A stretch of 64,000 nt of DNA from positions 3,348,001 through 3,412,000 of the forward strand of contig OZ024748.1 of NCBI GenBank assembly GCA_964016885.1. The letters run 5' to 3'. Positions 14,050-26,466 of this stretch are shown one piece after another. The stretch comes from Eledone cirrhosa. Its lineage: Eukaryota. The notes beneath the pieces were generated by a model. It ran no database searches, was not told the DNA's origin, and worked only from the letters and a program-made list of their open reading frames with translations. The translations under genes were made by a program, and so were the position numbers. Position 1 is the first letter of the stretch. Every line of letters starts with the position of its first letter.

Positions 14050-14475
14050 AGTAACAACCTGTACAACCTGTCGCATGGTCGGGTCGTCGGCCACTAAACC
14101 GGCAACCCCACCAAGTTTACTTGGTGGGGAGGGTGATTTTGGACACCCTGCAGGACAAAAACCAAAACCTGACAAAGGGCGGAAGAACTCATAAGAGTCA
14201 ACGGCCATCCGAAAGTGTGTAAATATGTATATACACATGTACCGCGTGGTTAAACCACTGGGAGTGAAGGACCCCTAGCCTTTGTCAGGGCATTCTTCTA
14301 GGAGAAGGCAACTCAGGAAACTGGGATAACTCCGATATAAAACCTGCGGCTCAGTAGTTACCCATGATGTTGATATCTTCTTTTCAGGTTATAGCTACTG
14401 TCTCTCAGAGAGTGGGATTGGCTCAGTGCACAGTCTTTCCTCACTTTAAAAAATATCTTTGCGCACAGGCATTGC
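14050..14475 (+). mobile_element. Probable RTE-clade LINE 5' UTR fragment within (ATGT)n
   Basis: GC-rich and structured; motifs TCTAGGAGAAGGCAACTC and CTTTAAAAAATATCTTTGCGCACAGGC resemble RTE 5' leaders (recognised from memory). Confidence 0.5.
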
Positions 14476-14902
14476 ACAATAGAATTAATTGATAGTTATT
14501 AATAATGGTGTATCGTGCAATGGACATACTCGATAACGAGGGGGCAACCATCATGTATGTATGTATGTATGTATGTATGTATGTATGTATGTATGTATGT
14601 ATGTATGTATGTATGAATGTACCCATAATTCCTGATGGCACCGGGTGGGGGGGGGTCATAACACTGTTGGCTTTGTGCCTTCTAAACCAGCAACCATTAT
14701 TATACACTATTATAAATCTACCACCTTTCCACCCTACCCATCCCCAACTACACACATACACATTATATATATACACACACACACACATATATATATACAC
14801 ACACACACATATGCATATACATATACACACAGGGAAAAGCGGACGTAAAATGATGATGATGATGATACACACACACACACACATATATATATCTTCACAT
14901 TT

Positions 14903-14948
<46 letters not shown>

Positions 14949-14964
14949 TTCATTATATTTGTGT

Positions 14965-15010
14965 TGTTACTGTGGAGTCTCGCCTGTTTATCACAGGGTC
15001 ATCAGACTAG
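14965..15010 (-). ncRNA. Decayed hammerhead (GAAA to GAGA)
   Basis: GT-CTGATGA-C-CCTG-TGATAAA-CAGG-C-GAGA-CT-CCAC-AG-TA-AC. Confidence 0.55.
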
Positions 15011-15293
15011 AACATATATATATAACAACAGATTCCTGTATAATCATAATGATCATCTCAGACTCTTAACGATGTCTCATTTACCTGCCATCGTTAACAT
15101 CGACATCTGGCAATTTGCTGATAGACAGAAACAACATCAAAACAACATAAAAAAAGAAAAGTTTTTAAAAAAAACTGCTCCAATACTTTCCCTCCATTTT
15201 CAACTTTCCCCCTTACCTCATTGCTCATCCTTTAACACCAGACTAACAACTTTATATTCTTTCTTATCATAATCATTCAACTGTGTCGTTTAA

Positions 15294-16188
15294 CCCTTTA
15301 CCATTTACATTACCCTATATATACTATTGTATTTTCACAGTAAAGTCTTTACCTCACATAATATCTCACATAACATTTACATTACTCTATATATACTATT
15401 GTATTTTCACAGTAAAGGCTTTACCTCACATAATATCTCACATAACATTTACATTACTCTATATATACTATTGTATTTTCACAGTAAAGTCTTTACCTCA
15501 CATAATATCTCACATAACATTTACATTACTCTATATATACTATTGTATTTTCACAGTAAAGGCTTTACCTCACATAATATCTCACATAACATTTACATTA
15601 CTCTATATATACTATTGTATTTTCACAGTAAAGGCTTTACCTCACATAATATCTCACATAACATTTACATTACTCTATATATACTATTGTATTTTCACAG
15701 TAAAGGCTTTACCTCACATAATATCTCACATAACATTTACATTACTCTATATATACTATTGTATTTTCATAGTAAAGGCTTTACTTCTCATAATATCTCA
15801 CATAACATTTACATTACTCTATATATACTATTGTATTTTCACAGTAAAGGCTTTACTTCTCATAATATCTCACATAACATTTACATTACTCTATATATAC
15901 TATTGTATTTTCACAGTAAAGGCTTTACTTCTCATAATATCTCACATAACATTTACATTACTCTATATATACTATTGTATTTTCACAGTAAAGGCTTTAC
16001 TTCTCATAATATCTCACATAACATTTACATTACTCTATATATACTATTGTATTTTCATGGTAAAGGCTTTACCTCACATAATATCTCACATAACATTTAC
16101 ATTACTCTATATTTACTATTGTATTTTCACAGTAAATGCTTTACTTCACATAATTATCACATATAATATTGAATCTACAATATTTTGA
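15294..16188. repeat. 72-bp tandem array (about 12 units) inside a truncated piggyBac-like MITE
   Basis: Starts TTAA|CCCTTTACCATTTAC; unit is the reverse complement of the 48.5-kb and 52.8-kb arrays. Confidence 0.9.
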
Positions 16189-16189
16189 T

Positions 16190-16372
16190 ATTGGCAGTAT
16201 CGGTAGAGGGTCGAACGCCATGCTTTGCAGCATAGAGTTACGCCCCTTTACAGTCTAAGTTCAAATCCCGCCGAGGTTAACTTTGCCTTTCATCCTTACG
16301 GAGTCGATAAAATAAAGTACCAGTAATACACTGGGATAATTGCTGGCCTTGTGCCAAATGTAGAAACAATAA
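16190..16372 (+). mobile_element. Meta-like SINE
   Basis: Same family as 4523-4745. Confidence 0.85.
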
Positions 16373-16821
16373 TTTTATATAAGAACCTGACATTAAGTTA
16401 CTATGTTAGTAATGAAATAATTAATAATTTTAGTAAACCCTTGGAAGTTCTTCACTAATTAACTAAAATAGAGTGTATTTCATTAGAAATGTGGTTATGA
16501 AAGGTTAGTCTTTAACATCCTGTACCACATGAAACCCTTCTTGACAACTACAAAACCTCACCATGATGGCATTACTTTATAGTCTTCACTTTAGTTTACT
16601 GCAAGTTTTCACAATCTTTCCCCTAGTATAGATACTATAAACATTTGAACAAACCATGTGACATTAGCAAGACCACAAAACAATTCTATAACTTCATCAC
16701 ATTCAAAATTACAGCCTTTACTTTAGTGTGTGGTGTGAGTGTGAGTGCATGTGTATGTGTATGTGTGTGTGTGTGTGTGTGTGAGTGTGAGTGTGTGTGT
16801 GTGTATATAAAGTGAACTTAC

Positions 16822-16882
16822 TCAGTATACTGGCAGCATCAAAGAAATTGTGACTGGGGGATGTATGGTCACCAGGATCCAT
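16822..16882 (-). CDS. Candidate first coding exon (exon 16898-16822), MDPGDHTSPSHNFFDAASIL, product unknown
   Basis: Strong acceptor ttttcattttttttcag, donor gtaagt, in-frame TAA upstream of ATG, other frames closed, unique sequence. Confidence 0.55.
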
Positions 16883-16996
16883 TGTGGATTAGAAGTTTCT
16901 GAAAAAAAATGAAAAGAAAAAAAAACATTTTAATTAAAAATAAAAAGCAATAAATCATCTGCATTGAAATGTGTCAAAATCTTTGTTTAAAATGAA

Positions 16997-17077
16997 GCTG
17001 TGATACATATTTCAATGGCATTTGTGGCTCCGTGATGGTTCAATCACGCAACCAGTCACACAATATCATCAGACAAC
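16997..17077 (-). ncRNA. Type I hammerhead ribozyme
   Basis: GTTGT-CTGATGA-long stem II (CGTGAT/ATCACG)-GAAA-TATGTA-TC-ACAGC; AUC site. Confidence 0.85.
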
Positions 17078-17121
17078 ATCTTATGTAATAAAGTTACGTT
17101 TCCGAGGTAATCTAAAGACAA

Positions 17122-17181
<60 letters not shown>

Positions 17182-17282
17182 CATATGTAAAAGTAATAAC
17201 AAAAGTACCAACAACAAAAAATAAACAGCATAATAGAAGGAAGAAATATATTAGTTTAACGCTTGAAATAGCAGGAAGAGAG

Positions 17283-17318
17283 TCTTAACATTTCGGACAT
17301 TAGTCCTTCACCAGAAGA
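17283..17318 (-). ncRNA. Minimal Penelope-type hammerhead (core substitutions)
   Basis: TCTT-CTGGTGA-A-GGAC-TAAT-GTCC-GAAA-TG-TT-AAGA. Confidence 0.7.
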
Positions 17319-17837
17319 TAGAGTTAGAAATAGAAAATAAATAGAAAGTAGAGAGTAATGAGAGGAACGAACAGGGGAAAATCAGGAGAAAATTGGGGAG
17401 AAAAAAATATATATATATCATTAGCTTTTTAGTATACTAATTAATAACTAATTAAATATATTACATTCAATTAAGTAATTAACTACAATCAGAAGAATTT
17501 GGGAGGTATACAGTAAAAATTGAGGATATTTGAGTTATGATAACATGCGAGAAAAGTGTCCAGTAAGGTAGGTATCTACACCAGAGTAATTAATTTACTT
17601 ATCTTAATTAAAAACTTAATTAATAGAAACAAAGAAAGACAAAGAACTAAAGAAAAAAATTTTTTAAAAAAAGTATAAATGTATTTCAACAAGAACTGTG
17701 TTTGATGTTCCAAGTTATGTGTGTGTGTATAAATATATACCCACACACATCCATGTGTATATGCATAGTTTTAGCAATATGTATAGCTCTCATAATAAAA
17801 GAGAGTAAATGTGTATGTGGAGGGGGGGGGGGGCACA

Positions 17838-18060
17838 TTTGGTAGTGGCGCTCCGTTGGTTATGACAACGAGTATTCCAGTTGACCCGGTCAACGGAACA
17901 GCCTGCTAGTGAAATTAACAGGCAAGTGGCTGAGCATACCACAAACTCACGTACCTTTAACATAGTTCTCAGGGAGATTCAGCACAACACAGAATGTAAC
18001 AATGCTAGCCTTTCGAATTACAGGTAGAACTAGAGCAACGTGAAATAAAGTACCTTGCTA
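17838..18060 (-). mobile_element. SINE body fragment (CORE-like end at 18030-18060)
   Basis: GAGCAACGTGAAATAAAGTACCTTGCT matches the CORE-like segment of the other SINEs. Confidence 0.55.
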
Positions 18061-18061
18061 A

Positions 18062-18305
18062 TTGGGTAAGGTCGGCTTTTATCACCTCATCCCAGGTCAT
18101 CTTGCGTCTCCCCATCTCCCTCTTGCGTCTCCCCATCTCCCTCTTGCGTCTCCCCATCTCCCTCTTGCGTCTCCCCTTCTCCATCGACTTCTAGTGCTCT
18201 GCACCTTTTTATGCAGCTGTCATCCTTCATACGCATCACATGTCCATACCAACGTAACCGCCTCTCCTGCACGCAGCATTTGATTCCTCTTATGCTCAGT
18301 CTCTC
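18062..18305 (-). mobile_element. RTE LINE ORF C-terminal fragment with internal 21-bp tandem repeat
   Basis: LSIRGIKCCVQERRLRWYGHVMRM matches the RTE RRLRWxGHVxRM motif. Confidence 0.85.
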
Positions 18306-18446
18306 TTTATATATATATATATTCACATCTGTCAGAAGCATATATTTTATTCGAAGGTGTGTATATACACACAATTTAGAATATATTTCTCATTTTTTCC
18401 CTATCCTATTCTTCTCTAACACACTCTCTTAAGATGCTGAGGTTAC

Positions 18447-18559
18447 ATATATCGTTTAATCATAATAATTATTTCTACGGTTCTCCATGCAATTGAGATG
18501 TCCTTCATGCATTTGCTGTTGATTATGAGAACGGTATCTTCAGATGAAAATCGATATAT
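18447..18559 (-). ncRNA. Type I hammerhead with extended stem I and long stem II
   Basis: ATATATCG..TCAT-CTGAAGA-TACCGTTCTC...GAGAACCGTA-GAAA-TAATTA-TT-ATGA..CGATATAT. Confidence 0.85.
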
Positions 18560-18987
18560 TTGATATGCCGCTGGCAGGAAAACACAGATCCTAATGCCCT
18601 TGCGCCCAGCATACATATATATATACATATATATACATATATATATATATATAAAGAATTTCGTTTTCAAATATAAAAACTAGAAAGAAGTAGGTGGAGA
18701 AGTTACAACAGCTCAAAATACAGTAATTTATTATAATAAACTCTATATAAGGCTACGTATCATACTTCATTAAAACATTTTTTTTCAAACAAGCATGTAT
18801 GTGTACAAACTCCTGTTGTGTTAAAAATAATATTACCATATTAAAAAAATATTACCAAATATAATTTCACACCAAATATTGATTTACAACTGTTTCGTCC
18901 TCATTCAGACTTATAAAAATCAATCATTCTATATGTCTTTCCACTACTCCCCCCTCACACCCTCGGAACTCTTTTCCTGCCCACTTT

Positions 18988-19019
18988 TCCCCTGATGTAG
19001 GGCTTATGTCCGAAACGTC
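18988..19019 (+). ncRNA. Truncated Penelope-type hammerhead
   Basis: CTGATGT-A-GGGC-TTAT-GTCC-GAAAC-GTC, same family as 17283; followed by RTE-tail sequence. Confidence 0.55.
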
Positions 19020-19310
19020 CAACATATGTTGGACGGGTTTGTCCCACTTGAGGCAATATTGGTCGGGTGACCATGTCTCTCTCGTATAGAACCGTTTCCG
19101 GCAGGTTTTCTACAGCTGGATGCACTTTCTAACAACCACTTTACAACCTAAACAACCACTTTACAATGTGGACTGGGTGCTTTTTGTTGTGTCACCTACA
19201 CGACCACTTTACAATGTGGACTGGGTGCTTTTTGTTGTGTCACCTACACGACCACTATATATATATATATATATAAGTAAGTATGTTTTGAAACAGTGAG
19301 CAGGTTTGAA

Positions 19311-19500
19311 ATTAGAAAATAGAATAGCTTTCACCGTATTTTTGACTAAAGGAATTTTAGCCTGATAATGGGGTTTAGAACCCTCAGATAAATGGAAAAA
19401 GATGAGTATTGACTTCCATTTATCTGAGGGTTCTAAACCCTATTATCAGGCTAAAATTCCTTTAGTCAAAAATACGGTGAAAGCTATTCTATTTTCTAAT
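19311..19500. repeat. Near-perfect inverted repeat, 87-bp arms, 16-nt loop
   Basis: 19311-19397 vs 19414-19500, one mismatch; abuts (TA)n. Confidence 0.95.
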
Positions 19501-19886
19501 ATATATATATATATATTCAGACATATTGGACCTCAAAATGATATAATGAAGTAACAAAGTAGAATGAGGCTGTGCTGGAAAAGGGACATCCAGCCTTTGC
19601 AAACATGGGAAGTGAACATTTAATGATGATGATGATGTAAGTATATGGTTCACTATGGTACCTTATTCTGTGATCATGTCACAGCAGCCTCAGTGGCAGT
19701 ACAAGAATGGTACACACTAGTACTTTAAGGTATTTGTCTTCAGTGATGTTTGTTTATTCACACAGATGTAAGATTGAGATAAGCCACAGCTTATATAAAT
19801 TTTACCACAAGAAACATCTGTTGACGATGTATATGTGTATATAATCTGCCATATTGTATTTGCAGGCTTTCATATACGCCTCTCCC

Positions 19887-19931
<45 letters not shown>

Positions 19932-20249
19932 TACATATATATACACACACACATACATATATATATCATCATCGTTTAACGTCCATTTTCCACGCTAGCA
20001 TGAAACGAAATTTCATTTCCCACTCTTAGTACGGCTGTTACTTAAATATAAGTATGTACACATACATACATATATGTATACAGACGTACAGTAGTATGTA
20101 TATATACATACATGCACACATATATATATGTACGCATGGATTCACCGAACATTTATTATAGTGCTCGGTGTGTTTGTAAACAAACATCCCGTATTAAGCC
20201 GTAGTGTCTAGCAACCATCGTTGCTCGTTTGTTCAACACTAACAAAGGA

Positions 20250-20292
20250 ACGCTGTACTAGTTTCAAGCTTATTAGCTATCATCAGCAACAT
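20250..20292 (-). ncRNA. Minimal type I hammerhead ribozyme
   Basis: ATGTTG-CTGATGA-T-AGCT-AATA-AGCT-T-GAAA-CTAG-TA-CAGCGT; palindromic stem III, GUA site. Confidence 0.85.
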
Positions 20293-20407
20293 AATATATA
20301 TATATATATATATATAAACACACATATTTCAACACTATAACTGGTTTACACAAATATATGCACACTTCTTTATTTATTATGTATATGAAGTGTAAGTGTG
20401 TGTGTAT

Positions 20408-20471
<64 letters not shown>

Positions 20472-20473
<2 letters not shown>

Positions 20474-20814
20474 TCATCATTTTCATCATCATTTTACATC
20501 CACTTTTCCCTGCTTGCAAGGGTGGGACAGGAACTGATTCTGGCTTGATTTCTACAGCTGGATGCCCTTCCTCACACCAACCTCATTTACAGTGAGTGCT
20601 GGGTGCTTTTTTGCAGTGGCACCTCCACGACCACTTTGCAGTGGAATGACAGGGACCCCAGTCCCTATCATCTCATTTCTACAGCTGAGTAAACTGGAGC
20701 AATGTGAAATAAAGTGTCTTGCTCAAGGAAACAACACATCACCCGGTCTGAGAATTGAACTCACAACCTTTCGATTGCAAGGCCAATGCTCTAACCACTA
20801 AGCCATGTGCCTCC
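20472..20814 (-). mobile_element. CORE-like SINE with RTE tail, full length
   Basis: Highly similar to 1103-1441. Confidence 0.9.
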
Positions 20815-20871
<57 letters not shown>

Positions 20872-20875
20872 TCTA

Positions 20876-20922
<47 letters not shown>

Positions 20923-21060
20923 AATTATTGTGTAAAGTGCTCAGGTGCACTATAACTCGTCAAAGGTGTATGTATAGTACATAGAATAATACACAAATGT
21001 CAGGGAAGTGAATATGTATATATATATATATATATAGTGAATATGTATATATATAAGCAA

Positions 21061-21112
<52 letters not shown>

Positions 21113-21143
21113 CACACACATCTGATTTTGCTATAAGAACCAG

Positions 21144-21178
<35 letters not shown>

Positions 21179-21620
21179 CTATAATATCATAATTGACAAT
21201 GTACATTTATTTCATTCTGAAGGGAAAAGAAAAGAAAAATTGCCAGATATATATCAAATATACAAACACACACATATCGACACATATAGACATATATATT
21301 CACATATATAGACACATATAGACATATATAGAGACATATATAGACACATGTAGACATACACACACACACAGATAGACACACACACACATATATAGACACA
21401 CATATACATATACAGACACACACATACATATACACACACATACACATATAGACATACATATACATACACACACACACACACAGACACATATATACATATA
21501 CACACATATAGACAAACACACTGACAGATACATACACACAAACATACACATAGATACATACACACAAACATACACATAGATAGACACACACACACACACA
21601 CAGACACTCACACACACATA

Positions 21621-21662
<42 letters not shown>

Positions 21663-22881
21663 CACACACATAGACACACACACATACACACACATACATA
21701 TACACACACACACATACACACACATATATATACACACACACATACATATACACACACACATATACATACAAAGGTAGAGATCAGGTGATATGGAAATATA
21801 CTGAATATTTCATGAAAAATGTTTTGTTTAATAAATACAAGACAAATGAGTTGGAAAGAAGAAAAGATGATAGATCACAATATAAATTAATAGAAATCAT
21901 CATCATCATCACTATCATCAAAATATATTTTAACCCCATCAACAAGACCACCACCAGCATCATCATCATCATATATTATACCCCCCCCCCACCACCACCA
22001 TGTATTATACCCCCACCACCACCACCATATATTATACCACCACCACTACCACCATATATTATACCCCCCACCACCATCATATATTATACCCCCACCACCA
22101 TCATCATCTATTATACCACCATCACCACCACCACCATCATATATTATACCACCACCATCATCATCTATTATACCACAACCACCACCACCACCATCACCAC
22201 CACCACTACCACCACCATCACCATCATATATTATACGCCCACCACCACCATCACCACCACCACCACCACCATCATCTATTATACCACCACCACCACCATC
22301 ATATATTTTACCCCACGTTCTGATAAAGTCATGTTTAAAATAATTAAAACTATGCAACAACTTCCATAATATCGTGATGCTGTAATGGAATTATTTTTTA
22401 AAATTTAATTAAATTTAATAATAACCAAACTAATTACTATAAATAATCATGGGCAAAAGTTATTTTTATTTCCCTCTTTCTATCAAATATATTCAGTTAG
22501 TAACAATAAATTGTGTACTAAACAGCTGAACTATATATATATATATATATACATTACTATATATATATACATACATTACTATATATATATATATACATAC
22601 ATTACTATATATATATATATATACATTACTATATATATATATATATATACGTACATTACTATATATATATATATATATACTGTACTATATATATATATAC
22701 ATACTATATATATATATACTGTACTATATATATATATATACATACTATATATATATATACTGTACTATATATATATATACAGTAATAATAAGGCTTGAAT
22801 AAAGAGGGCTCGATAAGGATAAATATACATCAAATATATAAGAACCGTAGAGCAAATATTTAATAAAATAACAGGTTAAAG

Positions 22882-22948
22882 TTTAAGCAAAGAATCACTG
22901 CTTTCACCCTTAACTGTTAAGGGTGAAAGCAGTGATTCTTTGCTTAAA
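22882..22948. repeat. Perfect palindrome, 33-bp arms, 1-nt spacer
   Basis: TTTAAGCAAAGAATCACTGCTTTCACCCTTAAC-T-reverse complement. Confidence 0.95.
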
Positions 22949-23402
22949 TTTTTAATGTCATTTTAATATAAATATATATATATATACTATTCTATATATA
23001 TATATATACTATACTATATATAGTATATATACTATACTATATATATATACTATTCTATATATATATACTATTCTATATATATATACTATACTATATATAG
23101 TATATATACTGTACTATATATACTATATATACCTTACTATATATAGTATATATACTATACTATATATATATACTATACTATATATAGTATATATACTATA
23201 CTATATATATATACTATACTATATATAGTATATATACTGTACTATATATACTATATATACCTTACTATATATAGTATATAAGCTATACTATATATACTAT
23301 ACAATAACAAGTGTTTCAAGGCCATTTTTCCCTGTCATCTGCACACACACCCCTCCACAATGGTTGACTGTGTGTGCATGTGTATGTATATATATATGTG
23401 TG

Positions 23403-23433
<31 letters not shown>

Positions 23434-23701
23434 ATATACACACACACACACACACATATAAAACCCTGCGATAGACTGGCGTCCTGTCCAGTCTTGTACA
23501 CTCTCGGTTGCTTTACGCCATGAAACCAGGATAAGCACCGGCAAAATGAGCCTTCTGCTTAAGACAGACTTCCGACTTATATATAATATTTATATATATA
23601 TATACATATCTATATCTATATATATATATATATATATATACTCTTTTACCTGTTTCAGCCATCCGGCTGAGGCCATGCTGGGGCACCGCCCTTGTATATA
23701 T

Positions 23702-23733
<32 letters not shown>

Positions 23734-24637
23734 CACATATCTATATATACACACACATATAAATATATTGATTTGAAATTATTAAAAAGCTGAAATGATA
23801 AGTAGAAAGAATTAAAATGTAATGTTTTATTCAGAAATTCAAGTCTAAAGAGAATTCTCAATAAACCATTACATTTTAATTCTCTCTATATGTTGTTTGG
23901 AGTTTGGAGTTTTTTAATCGTTTGAAATCATTAAATTGTTGCCATGCTTTGAAATACTGCCTCGAAGCACAACTTATATATATATATGCGATCTACACAA
24001 TAAAGGCACCCAATACACTCTGTAAAGTTGTTGGTCTTAGGAAGGGCATATAGCTGTAGAAAGCTTGCCAAACAAGGGGTTAGGAGGACCCTTTAGTTTA
24101 CATCAAAAGACAGGACAACTTCTCCTCTGCACTCAATGAGTGTATGTGGAATACAGACCCCCTTGGCCTGTCTGGGACATCAGTGGCCCTGCTTCAGTAC
24201 TGACCTGGTCTATGTACACCCCTGCAAAACTTGCTAGCAGGTGTTGGATTTTAATTTAAATAGGAACCCCTGTGGATCTACTAGAAGCTGCTAAACTAGT
24301 TCCTATAATATGTGTCATCAAAAATAAAGTCCTGAAGCTGTCTGATCATGTAAAACATTCACAAAACAATCTTTCTAAAACAGGTATGGGGGGTATGATA
24401 CAGGTTGAAAGAAACAGGGGTAGGGCACCAAATATGTATGGAGGGTATGATTCAGGGTAAAAGAAATAGGGGTAGGCCATCAAGGTACTGGTGAGACGAT
24501 GTCTATAAACGGTCTGGATTAAATTTATATGAACTAAAGACGTGTAAAATAGGAAACTTTGGCAGGAACTAAGCTATGTTAGTTTGTAATCTACCACAGG
24601 TAGAGACAGCAACAGTAATAGGTTCATTGATAGTTTA

Positions 24638-25685
24638 AACTATATATCTGTCTACTTGTCAACTGCCTTAAGCCCAAACTATATATCTGTTTACCTGTCA
24701 ACTGCCTTAAGTCCAAACTATATATCTATTTACCTGTCAACTTCATTAAGTCCAAACTATATATCTGTTTACCTGTCAACTTCATTAAGTCCAAACTATA
24801 TATCTGTTTACCTGTCAACTTCATCAAGCCCAAACTATATATCTGTTTACCTGTCAACTGCATTAAGTCCAAACTATATATCTGTTTACCTGTCAACTTC
24901 ATCAAGTCCAAACTATATATCTGTTTACCTGTCAACTTCATCAAGTCCAAACTATATATCTGTTTACCTGTCAACTGCATCAAGTCCAAACTATATATCT
25001 GTTTACCTGTCAACTTCATCAAGTCCAAACTATATATCTGTTTACCTGTCAACTTCATCAAGTCCAAACTATATATCTGTTTACCTGTCAACTGCATCAA
25101 GTCCAAGCTATATATCTGTTTACCTGTCAACTGCATCAAGTCCAAACTATATATCTGTTTACCTGTCAACTTCATCAAGTCCAAACTATATATCTGTTTA
25201 CCTGTCAACTTCATCAAGTCCAAACTATATATCTGTTTACCTGTCAACTGCATCAAGCCCAAACTATATATCTGTTTACCTGTCAACTTCATCAAGTCCA
25301 AACTATATATCTGTTTACCTGTCAACTTCATCAAGCCCAAACTATATATCTGTTTACCTGTCAACTTCATCAAGCCCAAACTATATATCTGTTTACCTGT
25401 CAACTTCATCAAGTCCAAACTATATATCTGTTTACCTGTCAACTTCATCAAGTCCAAACTATATATCTGTTTACCTGTCAACTTCATCAAGCCCAAACTA
25501 TATATCTGTTTACCTGTCAACTTCATTAAGTCCAAACTATATATCTGTTTACCTGTCAACTTCATCAAGTCCAAACTATATATCTGTTTACCTGTCAACT
25601 GCATCAAGTCCAAACTATATATCTGTTTACCTGTCAACTTCATCAAGCCCAAACTATATATCTGTTTACCTGTCAACTGCATCAA
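24638..25685. repeat. 39-bp minisatellite (about 27 units)
   Basis: Unit AAACTATATATCTGTTTACCTGTCAACTTCATCAAGTCC. Confidence 0.95.
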
Positions 25686-26217
25686 TGAGAAGCTGAAAAC
25701 CTGCCATTCCTTCTTCACAAATTAGTTACCGTATAAATCTTTTTTTTTCCTGCTATATTTAACTCGTGTTTTATTTCAACGAGATAATTATCTTGTGAAG
25801 ATAAAATACTACAGTTAAAATAGCAGCGGATGGGGAGGGGGGGGGGGGGGGGGGGCAAAAGGAAACAATTACAGTAGGTGATATAAGGTGATGGAAAGGC
25901 AGGTGCTAGATAGGTAATCATCCAGCAAACATTAAATAAGTGAATCAATCTTCAATGTGGCTCTTTCCTGTCTCAAATTCTCATAAACATCATTTACACA
26001 AACATCTGAGCAGTTCGAGTACCAGTAATATTATACTAAAATAAGTGACTCAATCTTGAATGTAGATCTTTCCTCTTTCAAACTCTCTTAACTGTTTAGC
26101 ATTTAAACCGGCCATATCCAGCCAAGATTCTCTCACCTCTTTCTGTTTAAACCAACCATAACCACCCACTCATGCTTATAAAAAATCTTGGCTTCTGTGA
26201 GATTCAATGACTTTTAA

Positions 26218-26466
26218 CCCTTTTATATTCTAAAATGCCTGAAACTACCCCTAATCTATGATACCAAAGCTGTTTATTTCAAAGTGTTTTTATTTATCTA
26301 TAAACAACCATACATTATAATTTCAAAACCCTTTGTTATGTTCCAAACACCAGCTTGATAATAAGAAAGTTACTCTTTTTTTCCAAATCCTTTCAAATTC
26401 TTTATTTTGAAAATGTTTTGAAATTCATAGGAAGAGTCTTTCATAAAGAATTTCATAATGAAAGGG
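26218..26466. mobile_element. Second piggyBac-like MITE family
   Basis: TTAA|CCCTTT ... AAAGGG|TTAA. Confidence 0.6.

Noticed and set aside
24656-25718. 346-aa and 330-aa ORFs; possible CRISPR-like array
   Set aside because: 39-bp head-to-tail minisatellite with no unique spacers, in eukaryotic context.
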